A stretch of 52,406 nt of DNA from Octopus bimaculoides. Taxonomy: Eukaryota. The stretch covers positions 10,284,540 to 10,336,945 of the forward strand of contig NC_069000.1 in assembly GCF_001194135.2 (NCBI RefSeq), given 5' to 3'. Shown piece after piece: positions 1 through 11,638 of the stretch (its first letter is position 1; every line of letters begins with the position of its first letter). Made by a program: the position numbers and the translations under genes. The notes under the pieces were generated by a model. The model was not told the DNA's origin and searched no databases. It saw only the letters and a list, made by a program, of their open reading frames with translations.

Positions 1-235
1 CATACAATACATGTCTGAAGTTGAATTTTCCTAACTTTCTATACAAGGCGTGGACATTATGAGGCCGTGTCTATTGATAATTTTAATTTTCTTTTGAAAC
101 AAAAAGACAAAAAAAAAAAATCCATCTTGGGTATATTTTTATATTTTATTCTCTTGTCATTCTAAACACATAAAAGAGAAGCAATTCGAACCGAAATATC
201 TCTTTTTTTTATATTTTTGTTGTCGCTGTTGCTGT

Positions 236-378
236 CATCATCATCATCATCATTATAATAATCATCAACTGTCTGTTTACCATGCTGGCATGGGTTGGAC
301 GATTCCACAGGAGCTGACCAGCTGAAGTGCTGCTCAGGCTCCCTGTCTGTTTTGGCATGGTTTCTATGGCTGGATGTC
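236..378 (-). mobile_element. Family C (GAT)n-tailed retroposon 3' end, diverged
   Basis: (TCA)n followed by ccatgctggcatgggttggacgatt...tttctatggctggatg, the reverse complement of the motif at 28701 and 36869. Confidence 0.7.
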
Positions 379-399
379 AAAGTCTCTCACATTGACAAT

Positions 400-533
400 A
401 CTGAGGGCTTGGTGTCCAGGTGAAAAGATGTCTACCTTAGACTATCATGTGGACATACACTTAGCAGTTTCATTGCAGCACGTCCAAAACCATGTGGTTT
501 GGGAAGCAAGCTTTTTACCACACAGCCACGCCT
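400..533 (-). mobile_element. SINE family A head fragment
   Basis: aaccatgtggtttgggaagcaagctttttaccacacagccac is the reverse complement of the head at 49110. Confidence 0.7.
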
Positions 534-1165
534 ACGTCTATGTTTATTGAAAAAACAAGATGTCCAGGAATATCAAAGCATTTAGTAACAAAATAAATCA
601 AGAACTGCATGAAGAGAATTTAAAAAAAGCTATAAAAAAAAGCATACAATAACTTCTTTTTTATTTTAACTAGTTGCAGCTCGAGCTGAGGCCATGCTGG
701 AGTACCACTGTTTGTTTTGCTACACTTTCACTAAACCTCCTCCAATATGTGGCACATTTGGTGAATGACTGAGTTTGATCTTGCTGCCCTCATCTGCATT
801 TCTTACTGTAAAGTAAGGTTCGTCCGGAACTCTTGACAGGAAATTTTTTTACAAAGAAACAGTTGCAAGAAGGCTTCTGTTATATATCTAAGCCCCTGTT
901 TAACAAAAGATCTGATTCAATGCACCGTAAGCAGTATTTTCATGTGAATTTGGTCGTTAATGAAACCCTAAGTAATGTTCCCAGCAGTGTTGTCTTTAAA
1001 ATGGCTAAAACATATCTTATCATGGAAACACAAACTCTTGTATTTCAATAGCTATATAATCATATGCAGACATCAAATGAGATGTAAACAAAACTAACTA
1101 TATTTACTCCTAACTCGCTCTTATCTACAAGCACATTTCAGAATCTTGAATGCATACATAGATAC

Positions 1166-1168
<3 letters not shown>

Positions 1169-1214
<46 letters not shown>

Positions 1215-1228
1215 TATATATATATATA
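1169..1228. repeat. (TA)n/(CA)n microsatellite
   Basis: Direct inspection. Confidence 0.95.
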
Positions 1229-1704
1229 AGAGAGAAGTGGTGGGGAGGGAGATATTTATAGCTTGAAATTTCGTATCAATATCTCAATAGTTTATAGTTT
1301 AGAATAAATAAAAATGCACAGAATAAGCAAGAATAACAATCCAAAAATAGTTGGCCAACAAACAACCCTTGTTTAGTGCCTGAGTCATATATAATGCTAT
1401 TCTTATTAGGACATCAAAGATATATTATTACACTAATGAATCCAATGTATGAACTAATTAGCAAAGGTACTGTGTAAGAAATTGACTGCAATTAATGGCT
1501 TAATTATTTACTCGTCAGAAGAATTTATCCGATACAATCAAACAACCAGAAAGTTCAACATTGAAAATGATTGAGTGATGTAGTTAATGTGTTACTGACC
1601 CAAAAGAATTTCACTTCTGACACTGAAATTGCCATTATACCTCGAGACAAAGAACATTACTTACGGTTCTTCAGGACATTTTTTTTTTCTTAATAAAATT
1701 ATCA

Positions 1705-1925
1705 TTATTATTTATTATTGAGAGTAGCACACACTATCAAAGTGACGCTGAGGTACAAATATACGAAGCCCAATATACCCATCATGATTACCTGTCTGAT
1801 AACGGCACACAAGGCACATGCATCACAATCAAATGCGTGCGATATCAAGATAGACAGCGCATGGCTTTACAAGTGAGATCCAGTAAGAATATTCTTCAGG
1901 TCAAACAGCCCATCTTGCTCATTAT
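1705..1925. mobile_element. Fragment of a probable dispersed repeat (class unknown)
   Basis: gagtagca...atcaaagtgacgctgaggtacaaatatacgaagcccaatatacccatcatga resembles a common octopus repeat from memory; no second copy in this window. Confidence 0.35.
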
Positions 1926-3246
1926 TATCATTATTCCATGTCTAAAGCCACTGCTAGTCATTGCTATGTACCATTTGAATGGTTGGGAGTTTAGAAGTGT
2001 TATTAGTTTTAAAAATACTTTCTTTTTCCAATATATCATTTAAGTATCCTTTAAGGATTAATTCTATATCGATAAATCTCTATATAAATCGCCTAATCCT
2101 GTAAGAAACTTGAAGATTTTGACAAAATGTTTTTAATTCAGTACAAAAATCATAAAAGTATAAAACTTTTACATGAATTTTAAATGAAATTTGTTGATAC
2201 AATACAATGATCATTAGTGTACACTGCAAAAGTGGTTTTTACTTTTATCATGTCACTTTCACCTGCCAAGATGGTTGAATACAGTTGAGCACATGTAGGG
2301 GTTTTCACATAAATTTCCTATCTCAGAGCTGGAAACTGCACAGCTCGCATTAGAAAGAGGATTCCAAAATATACCTTTATTCCTTCCATTCAAAGGATTT
2401 TGTAAGGGTCAACAAATTTGTGCTTTTTACTTTTATTACAATAATTACAATCTCTTCAAAGGCCTACAAGTATGCAGAGATTCTACATTCAAAATACATC
2501 AGTAAATTGCCCCACTCCAATTAATTTTCACCATTGAGTAAAGAAAGCATTAACATCGAATATGTGATATTTTTACCTCTTCACAATCAATACTTCCTAA
2601 TATCATTTAGCTGATGTATACAGATGGCTCTAAAATATCATTTTTATCCTAGTCCAAATACTCTACCAAATTCAATCTTACCATTATATTTGGAAATTGA
2701 AAGATGAAAAATGTAGAAAAATTCAGTTGATAAAAGGGGAAAAATAAACTCACATATACTACATATAGAAAGCCTTTTGACATGAAGATCTTTCCAAAAT
2801 GAATCTAAACTTTTCTTTCCTGCCCAAAAGAATGCTTAGTTCCAGTTTTTAACACCAGGCAGCACTATCTGAATTGCAGTTTCATGCAGCTCCAGATTTG
2901 GAGAGTTAAAGGATTTTAAAACTCTTTGGCAAATCCATATCTTTTCAGTCAAAGGTTCACAAAGAGTTGTCTGAATATAGTTCTTGATATATCCGCACAT
3001 GATCAAACATCTTAAATTGAAACCATGAAATGATAGCTGAACAGCCTAAGAATTCTATCTAATTCAGTTCAATAGGAATGTGAAGGCCACACTAGATGGA
3101 TGATCCCCACCAGGATGCCAGTGTGTCATAGTGGATAGAGCCACTCACCCCGAATCTTGGCACTCATTGGGATGCTCTGGTATATCATAGTGGACAGCGC
3201 CACCGCTGATATTCCGCAAGACTTCGAGCGGCTGAGCAAAGAGCAA

Positions 3247-3405
3247 GGAGTAACCGTGTGGTAAGTAGCTTGCTTATCAACCACATGGTTCCGGGTTCAG
3301 TCCCACTGTGTGGCACTTTCTTGGACAAGTGTGTTCTGCTATAGCCTTGGGCTGACCAAAGCCTTATGAGTGGATTTGGTAGACGGAAACTGAAAGAAAC
3401 CTGCC

Positions 3406-3450
<45 letters not shown>

Positions 3451-3659
3451 ATGTATATGTTTGTGTGTCTGTGATTCTCCCCCCCCCACTTCGCTTGACA
3501 ACAGATGTTGGTCCGTAACTTGGCAGTCCAGCAAAAGAGACCGATAGAATAAGTACTAGGCTTACAAAGAATGAATTCTGGGGTCAATTTGTTCGACTAA
3601 AGCCGGTGCTCCAGCATGGCTGCAGTCAAATGACTGAAACAAGTAAAAGAGTAAAAGAG
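3247..3659 (+). mobile_element. tRNA-derived SINE family A, near full length
   Basis: Degenerate A box, B box ggttcagtccc, internal (TA)n, tail gactgaaacaagtaaaagagtaaaagag; possible 8-bp TSD aaagagca (3238-3245, 3654-3661). Confidence 0.9.
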
Positions 3660-4089
3660 CATCATGGAAAAAAAAAGAATTTTAAAAAACCTTAAACCAA
3701 AAATAGTATGCAGTGTTACAATGGCCTTCACGCTTTTACATAAAGTATGACAATGTACAGCAAGGTTCTTCTAAAGAATAATATTGATTTGCAGAGATGA
3801 ACGACATCTATCACTTTCGGTGTCTTCATACTTCATGAAGGAAAAATAAAATTCATTTTCCTTTCGCTCTCTTACAGCTAAACTGTAACGGAAAAAAAAA
3901 CAAAAAACTATCAGGCAATACCAAAAATATAGAATAACCGATTCTAGTCTTTTACCATATAACTTATTCTTCCTCTTCTGTTGACATATCCCACCATTAA
4001 TTATAGGATTTTTGTGATATTATTTTATCATTATGTCAATTTAATGCTGTCCAATGCCTAAGGGAGGGGAGGTGCAGCTTCTCTCACAG

Positions 4090-4157
4090 GAATGACGCAG
4101 CCATGGCGTTCACACCTTCGTACACAAGCAGTGATAAGACAGGAAAGAAGATGCGTT
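4090..4157 (+). CDS. Candidate short exon of an unidentified host gene (MAFTPSYTSSDKTGKKMR from ATG 4103)
   Basis: Acceptor cttctctcacAG at 4088-4089, gcagccATGG Kozak context, open frame, donor GTAAGT at 4158; non-repetitive and CpG-containing; no partner exon identified. Confidence 0.4.
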
Positions 4158-4279
4158 GTAAGTTCTCAATCACCGTCTCTGCTTGAAGAAGCTTGAGAGA
4201 CATTGGTATCAATTGATTGAATTAACCCCAGTATTTGACTCACACAATGCAGAAGCACTGTGCTGGATGTAATCCTGGC

Positions 4280-4555
4280 AGTATGGTGATGATGTCCATG
4301 ACAATGATGAAGAATGCTGCTGCTACTGATGATGATGATGATGAAAAAGAAGAAAATTATGCTTTCCACAATAAGAATAGCAATGGCTAGGACATCGGCA
4401 CTGAGGACAGAAGAGACAACAATGGCTACTGCAATAATGAGAAGTACAACAAAGATGGCAATGATGACGAGGACAAAGACAGAAATCACTGAAGAACCAT
4501 GAAAACAATGACAGCAGCCAATACCGAAGAGGATGACAATATCTCCAGCTAGATA
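4280..4555. repeat. Degenerate trinucleotide (GAT/GAC/AAT/AAC) low-complexity tract
   Basis: Period-3 RAY pattern with frame slips; explains the three overlapping biased ORFs at 4166-4703. Confidence 0.6.
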
Positions 4556-5075
4556 TGTCTGTGATTCTCAAGACTTGAAAGGTAGGCCATTTTTTAAAAA
4601 TATTTAATTGCCCACGCCTCGTGTGCGATAAGAGTTTACTAAAGCAGACGTTGACCGCAGATATTCCACAAAAGCAGCAACAAAATGCGTTTTTCCAGTT
4701 CATAAATATACATATTATACAAGATTAGTTGAACTACAAGAAAAGACCATTCACTCGCTGTCAGTAATATCTGAAAAGCACAGAGAATATGTATTATATC
4801 AATACAGTGAATTTGGAGAACAATAGATATGTCATATATTCGCGATATAGATGTATCAGCTGGTGATAGGTAGAGATTATTATCTCTTCATAGTAGGAGA
4901 TTTACAGGCTGAAAGGAAGAAGCAAATACACCAATTATGATGGATCATTAAGATATATGGCAGGTTACCGTATTTTTTTTTCTTTCTCCCCACTCCATTT
5001 ATCTATCTATCTCAAACCAGCTAATTTAATTCCAGCAAAATAGAAATTGATGTTAGTTATAAGATTTATGGTCTT

Positions 5076-5611
5076 CATTTAATCCTGAACAAACCGGTTC
5101 TTTATAGAAAAGTCTATCTCTTTCACACTTCACATGTATGTCTAAAATATACGTCTCCCATCGACTCCTCTCTGCGGTGTTGGCCTCAGGCACCAGACCA
5201 TGCGGAGCTCCCAAATTCCATTTCCGAGACCAGCTCAAGGCCACTTTCCTCCTCTACTCCATTGACCCAAATACTTGGGGCAGACATTCGCCCAGGACCA
5301 CTCAAAGTGGTGGCATGTCATCATGGAGGGAACAGACCAAATGGAAAATAACAGGTATCAAAAGGCAAAGATCAGATGTCAAAGACTCAAAGAATGACTT
5401 ACACATACCTGTTCCCTGCCAACCTTCCCCTGTGATAAATGCCTCCAGCTCTTCTATATTGCCCTTGGCCTAAACAGCCACTTCAGGCATCAAGAGGAGG
5501 AGGCTCACTCACTTGCTACAGATTATCTACTCAGGCACAAGTTAACACCGACAATGACAAGCCATTTAATCCTGAACAAACCAATTCTTTATAGAAAAGT
5601 CTACTCTCTTT
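5076..5611 (+). repeat. ~47-bp direct repeat pair (5076-5123 and 5563-5611), putative TSD of the RTE fragment
   Basis: catttaatcctgaacaaaccggttctttatagaaaagtcta versus catttaatcctgaacaaaccaattctttatagaaaagtcta. Confidence 0.85.
5124..5562 (+). mobile_element. 5'-truncated RTE-clade LINE 3' end (pseudogenised ORF C-terminus)
   Basis: LASGTRPCGAPKFHFRDQLKATFLLYSIDPNTW, then after a frameshift QDHSKWWHVIMEG...CDKCLQLFYIALGLNSHFRH; matches RTE C-terminal G.RP.G.PK..FKD.LK and a CxxC...H finger; flanked by direct repeats. Confidence 0.85.
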
Positions 5612-5867
5612 TATTACCCATCATTGTTATTACGAAGTCAAGCTGACTGGAAATAATTTTTTTTTCTTTTTAAATATTATTCATGTGATTTTTTAAGCAA
5701 CATTTTGCTTGTTTGTCAAAAGACCTTCACCCTTTAACATTCACATTATTTTATCAAAAATAATGCTTATTTATTCACATCGTTTTGAATTAATCTTGCA
5801 TTATTTTGTAACTTTGAGAGAGTCTGGATGAAGTAACAGTTAATTTTTAGAATGATAATGTAGGATT

Positions 5868-5943
5868 GGTGGAATTTGAACTCAGAACATAAAGACAGGT
5901 GAAATACCGCTAAGCATTTTGCCCAGCGTGCTAACGTTTCTGT
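5868..5943 (-). mobile_element. SINE family B head fragment
   Basis: ggaatttgaactcagaac...gaaataccgctaagcattttgcccagcgtgctaacg is the reverse complement of the head at 23483. Confidence 0.75.
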
Positions 5944-5957
5944 AGGAAACTATATTG

Positions 5958-6057
5958 CTGGGAAACAGGTGAGGGTTGGTGACAAAAAGGGCACCCAGTT
6001 GCAGAAAATCTGTCTCATGCAAGCATAGAAAAGTGGATGTTATATGATGATGATGAC
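5958..6057 (+). mobile_element. Family C tail, diverged
   Basis: ggaaacaggtgagggttggtgacaaaaagggcacccag...catgcaagcatagaaaagtggatgtta plus (GAT)n. Confidence 0.7.
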
Positions 6058-6125
6058 CACTACTTCAACTACGAGGCCAGAATGGTGAAACAGATATAAT
6101 ACTGAGAAGTTGTAACATTCTTTAA

Positions 6126-6309
6126 CCTTTTAGCATTTCAGCCAAAATATTTTATATGCGTGATCCGGCATTTCATACCTACCCTACAATGTCATTCTAA
6201 AAACAGACTATCACATTACTGAAATGTTGAGAATATGAGATAATGCATGATTAATTGAAAACAATGTGAATGTATAGATAGGCATTAGAGTAATCTGAAT
6301 GCCACAGGC
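6126..6309. mobile_element. TTAA-flanked piggyBac-like MITE, diverged copy
   Basis: ttaaccttttagcatt left end and internal cctaccctacaatgtcattctaaaaa shared with copies at 8296, 11374 and 19189. Confidence 0.7.
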
Positions 6310-6932
6310 TAAATAAAGTAAAGAGATGAGTTTAATTTGTTGAATGGGTGGTGCTCCACCATAGCCACAGTCTAATGAAGAAAAGAAGACAATATAAGGA
6401 TTTGACATGGATGCCCCCAATTATAAGGGGCATCATTTCTCCAGAGATGGAATCTGTTTCTCTAGAGAGAAGTTTGTTGATGAATGGATGATAAGGAATA
6501 ACTGAAATTATAAATGGATAAATTCTGAACTAGAGGATAAAAATGAGTGGAAGATTTTAATAAAACACTTAAATATTTGAATAAAATAGCAAGACGACAA
6601 GAAGAAATTGAAATCATGAAAGTTAAGAACAGAATCAATGAGAAGTGGGGGGGGGGGAGTTTATCAAACATCAATAACTCTTGCTAGAACAGAAAAATGA
6701 TCTTAAAGACATCGATGAGGATATGTAAAAGTCTGGTAAACATCTCGAGAGAATTTCAGGTGATGACAGCAGAGAATTTATAAGGTACAATTTAACCATT
6801 CCATATACTTGGTTGAAATCCTAAGAATAATGACAGGCATCAGTTCTGACAAACAGAGATATTTTGACAGTCAGAAAATAACAGCATTCCCACTCACATC
6901 AAATTAACTTAGGATAAAATATACACAATAAT

Positions 6933-7050
6933 NNNNNNNNNNNNNNNNNNNNNNNNNNNNNNNNNNNNNNNNNNNNNNNNNNNNNNNNNNNNNNNNNNNN
7001 NNNNNNNNNNNNNNNNNNNNNNNNNNNNNNNNNNNNNNNNNNNNNNNNNN
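6933..7050. other. Assembly gap
   Basis: N run. Confidence 1.
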
Positions 7051-7579
7051 ATATATATATATATATATATAAAACAAAAACAGATTTAGGTTAAAACAAT
7101 ATTATTAAAAGAAATCATTATAATTATTATCATTATTATTATTATTGTTATTATTATTATGTGCCATATAAATAGTGTGAGAATGGTGATTAGGTGTAAA
7201 AAAAACAGAGGTAAAACTTTTACATTATATTTGAGACAAGTTTATGATAATTTTACAGTCATGGAGAAATGTATCTGACTGTGAAATTAAAAAAACGAAA
7301 AGCCTTAACTGCCAATTTAAACCAAAAATTATAGAAGCAAAATACAAAAAAAAACAGCAAAAAGAAAAAAAAGCATTAAATTGGCAAAATTGTTAGAGCA
7401 TCAGACAAAATGTCTGTGCTGTTATTTAGATTCCAGCACTTTATGTTCTGAATTTAAACGCTGCCAAGGTCAAATCTGGCAAGCCATCCTTTCGGAATTG
7501 GAAAACTAAAGTACTGAACCAAGCTGGTGGATTGGTGGAATCAATGAAGAGTCTCAAACAAAATGCACAAGGTCTGCTT

Positions 7580-7680
7580 CAGGTTATAGTAGAAGACACT
7601 CACCCAATGTGCAATGCAGTGGGATTGAACCCAGAACCATATGGTTGAGAAGCAAGCTTTTTACCACACAGCCTTGCCTG
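7580..7680 (-). mobile_element. SINE family A head fragment
   Basis: tagtagaagacactcacccaa...gtgggattgaacccagaaccatatggttgagaagcaagctttttaccacacagcc. Confidence 0.75.
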
Positions 7681-8295
7681 CACGTATGTCAAGTCATAAT
7701 TTAAGGAAACTTTGTCTTGGTCATGGATGAGATCTTAACAATACACATACACGCTCCATTTACCCAATTTCACTCACAAAGCTTTAATCAAACCTAAGTA
7801 GAATGGGAATGAACCTGAAACCTTGAGATTGCAAAGAGAACTGCTCGACATTTTAGTCATGTTGCATTTGTAATTTCAAATTCATAAATTTATACAGTGA
7901 AATCAAAATTTAAACATAAAAATACGAAGTCTCAATTCAAACTTAAAGCATGACTCAATAAAAATTTATCTTCAATTTGATTTTAATCTTCAACATTTTT
8001 GCTAATTCTTAAATTCTAAATCTAGTTGCTATTATAATTTCTATTTTTTTTTTTTTTAATTATTTCATATTTACAAATTTTGAAATGTAACAACAAAACA
8101 GAAATTTGCAAATAAAATTTCAACCATCCCTTATTTTCATAGAATTAAAAAAGAACTTTCTACAAGTGAAGTCAGAACTATTTTTTCAAAAAATAGATAC
8201 ACTAATGGAATCTACAAACCAATATATGATGACTTGAAATTTTAAGCACTTCATTATAAGTATGCAAAAATAATAATAAATAAATGAGTGAATCC

Positions 8296-8459
8296 AAACC
8301 AACCAGATCTGACCTCTCACACCTACCCTACAATGTCATTCTAAAAAGAAACAATCATTAAATCAAATTCTTGAAGCCATGAGATAATGCCCGATTAATT
8401 CAAGACAAATGTGAATATGCATGCATTACATTTGTTAAAGTCATGTGAATGCTAAAGGG
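8296..8459. mobile_element. piggyBac-like MITE, right part
   Basis: Ends gaatgctaaaggg then TTAA (8460-8463); internal match to 19189 copy. Confidence 0.75.
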
Positions 8460-8616
8460 TTAAGAAACATTTGATGAAAGAGCTTATCCTATACAAGCGC
8501 TACCAGTCTTTGACTTCCATTCTTTGTCACACACATAAACAGATGGAAAGAGTCAGAGAGGAAGAGAGAAACATAAAAGAAATGGAAAAGGGACAGCAAA
8601 GGGACGGAAAAAGACA

Positions 8617-8623
<7 letters not shown>

Positions 8624-8674
<51 letters not shown>
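8624..8674. repeat. (GA)n microsatellite
   Basis: Direct inspection. Confidence 0.95.
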
Positions 8675-8678
<4 letters not shown>

Positions 8679-9269
8679 CAAGAAGAAAGAGTTTGTTGAA
8701 AGATGGCATGAAAGAAACCAACTAATGTAAATATGTATCAGTGTAGGTTATTGGGTGCACATTCCAGAGAACAATCTCAGATTCTGAGGCAGACGTGGAA
8801 ATGAGAAATATGATGATTGTTTACATGATGGTTAAACAGTAGATGTTAACTTTAAAAAGGTTCTGTTGATCTTTACATACAAGAATATCCATGACACTTG
8901 TGAGTGAATACGATACGGAAATTCAAGAAATGTCTTTTATACTTCTCCGATCATAATAACTGATAAAGTCCCTTATTTCCGCCATTTTGAGGCAATCAGT
9001 AGACAAAAACTGGTGACATGTAGGGGACGGGGGATGGGTAACGGCTATTTTCTTGCATTCCCCCCACCTTCCGTCATCCTATTGAGGGGGAAGGGTAGGA
9101 TAAATTAATTCCCATTTAACATGAACTGTAGACAACTTCAATGTTCTCAAATTAAACAAAATCACAGCAAACTTTTGGAAAGAACACAGAAAGTGATTAA
9201 CTCTTTTGATGCTATATTTCTATGGAAACACACTGCTTTTTTTTTTTTCAATTAATTTTGAAAACAATC

Positions 9270-9480
9270 GTTTCAAATTTTCGCTCAAAGTTTTAAGGGA
9301 GAGGTAGTCGACAACCACCTTGACCGCAGTAGCTGACTTGGTACTTTAATCTATTCTATCAACCCGGAAAGGATAAAAGGCAGAGCTGACTTTGGTGGGA
9401 ATTGAAATCAGAACACAGAGACTTAGAAAAAATGTCACTGACCATCATTTTGTCTGATGTGCTAACAACTCTGCCAGCTG
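9270..9480 (-). mobile_element. SINE family B, diverged, just downstream of a TTAA-type MITE left end (9201-9270)
   Basis: ggaaaggataaaaggcagagctgactttggtgggaattgaaatcagaac...gtgctaacaactctgccagc. Confidence 0.6.
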
Positions 9481-9910
9481 TTTGCATTTAATTTTGAAAA
9501 TCATGACAAAGTTAAAGAAGTGATTTTAAATTCTCTAACACAGGATAATGCTAATAATATAGCCTGAACAGGATAAACTACCCCTATTTTGCAGAAAAAA
9601 AAGTGTAGGCGGCCAGGTTGTTATTAAGCTGATACTTTGAACACAAACTAGCACATTAACTGCCGTATGTACCACTGGTGGCTCATTGCAAACTTCACAC
9701 AACTGCTATAAGCACCACTGGTGATACATTTTCATAATTCGAGAAAATATTTTATTCTGTATTTTTGACAAGGCTAGGTGTAATCCCATGTCATTCATGA
9801 CCAATGGGGATCTTTACCTTTAACTATGATAGAGACTTGGCTATGATGTCTTGCTGTTGAAGTAGAAATTTTCCTGACACAGTTGACACAATTTTTGTTT
9901 TTATCTGAAA

Positions 9911-10177
9911 CAGTGGTTCTCAATCAGGGTCCACATGACCCTTGAGGGATCCAAATAATATTTTAGTTGTAAAACATTATGTACAATAAGTCAGTTATAC
10001 TTCTACAAGAAACGAAATATTTTTAATAATTTTTTGATGGAATTCCTAATAATATTTAATAATGAAAATATAAAGGGATCTTTTTTATTATTATATACAT
10101 TAAATGGCTATGGGTGTCCAGGAAAGTAAAATAGAAATCCAAAGGGTCCTTCGGCAAAAAATGGTCAAGAACCACTG
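9911..10177. mobile_element. hAT (Charlie-like) MITE
   Basis: TIRs cagtggttctcaatca / tggtcaagaaccactg; related copies at 42177 and 42917. Confidence 0.8.
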
Positions 10178-10490
10178 CTGTAAAATATCTATGATGGCCA
10201 TGTGAGAAGTTTACCAAGCCGGAAATTGATGAGATACATTTTAGCATTGTAAGACCTGTGATGTCATCAAAAAGAATTAGCAATTACTGAAAGGATCAAA
10301 TTCTTATGCATATCAGCTTGTTTTTATGAATTTGAAAAACTGAAACCCAAGGACAGAGTGCAGAAGATGACAGGATTCTGACGAGACTCACACACCGTAT
10401 AGAAGCATTAGAATATCTTCAATCAGACGATCTGGAGCTTAATGCATACATCAAATTATTCATTCTATAATGTCTAAAATCCAGATAATT

Positions 10491-10526
<36 letters not shown>

Positions 10527-11373
10527 GTGTGTGTGTGTGTGTGTATGTGTACGTGTTCTTGATGTAATCCCTGTCACATGCTGAAAGGATTAAGCATAAA
10601 TCTGGTTCTAAATGTTGCTTTGTGGATATAAACATGAGCCCACAAAATATCCGGCATTTAGTAACAATGTTTATTAAATGTGGGGAAAGCAATCAATTCA
10701 AGGCAATATGTAAATATACAAGAAAAAAAAAAAAGTGGGGGCAATTGAAGGAATTGGAAATGAAGACTTTGGAAGTGTTTTTAAGAAATTGGTCTTAAAA
10801 CTACTAAAGTGATCAATCAATGTGAGATTCAGCGTTTAAACCATTAAAATGTCAGTTGATACTAGCAGTCAGATAACAGTTAATAACTCAGAATTTCTGA
10901 ATGGATTTGAATAAACCAAAGTATAAAAACTTTGATCTCTCCAGCAAAATAATTTCATGAAATCCCTCATTGAAATTTTTGGGAGGTTTGATGCAATAAA
11001 TGGAAACTAGTAAGAAAATAGTTGTTATGTGTTTACTACTACTTGAATGTAAAAATAGTAATAGAAAAAAACATGGCTTCTTGGTATGAATGTGATGAAC
11101 GTTGATAGCTCAAGGAAAATTTGAGAGATTAAGAGGCTTTAAGGCTAACATTACCCTCGAAAGTAATATCAGGCGAAGTGGACCATCATTAATACACATC
11201 AGACTGTTAACCATAAGGGATTAAAGATACAAATTAATGAAGGTCTTATAAGAAAGGCTCCTTCTGGAGAGAGTGAGCCTCTCATTTAGTGGTGGTGTGA
11301 GAGGTGGATTGAGATCTAAGAAACTAATAAACTAATTCTTGTTCTAAATACAAATTAGGACCTTTTTGTTTAA

Positions 11374-11638
11374 CCCTTTCGCTACCGTTTTCTTTCGGAA
11401 TACACAGCGTTTGTTTCAATTAATTTTCAAATTAACGAACAATTTAATAATTGTATGTTTAATTTTATGTTTAAATTGGCCAAGTCTGACCTCTCACACT
11501 TACCCCACAATGTCATTCTAAATATAAACAATGACATCATCAAAATCTCGAAGCTACAAGACAATGCATGATTAATTCAAAACAATGTGAATAAGAAAGT
11601 GTTACATTTACCACCAGAGCAATCTGAATGCTGAAGGG
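11374..11638. mobile_element. TTAA-flanked piggyBac-like MITE (chimeric left end)
   Basis: TTAA-ccctttcg ... ctgaaggg-TTAA; right two-thirds match the 19189 family. Confidence 0.8.

Noticed and set aside
3186-3210. ggacagcgcc (REST/RE1 right half-site) and a CTCF-like ggtggcgctg on the other strand
   Set aside because: Only half of either motif matches; expected by chance
4166-4703. Hydrophobic 107-aa and Cys-rich 126-aa minus-strand ORFs resembling a membrane protein or metallothionein
   Set aside because: Both are readings of a degenerate trinucleotide tract; only biased composition, no recognisable motif or splice structure
10336-10470. Protein-like 44-codon frame (RILTRLTHRIEALEYLQSDDLELNAY) and an antisense mini-exon (RLIEDILMLLYG) ending at GTGAGT
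   Set aside because: Bounded by stops or lacking a credible acceptor; no recognisable family
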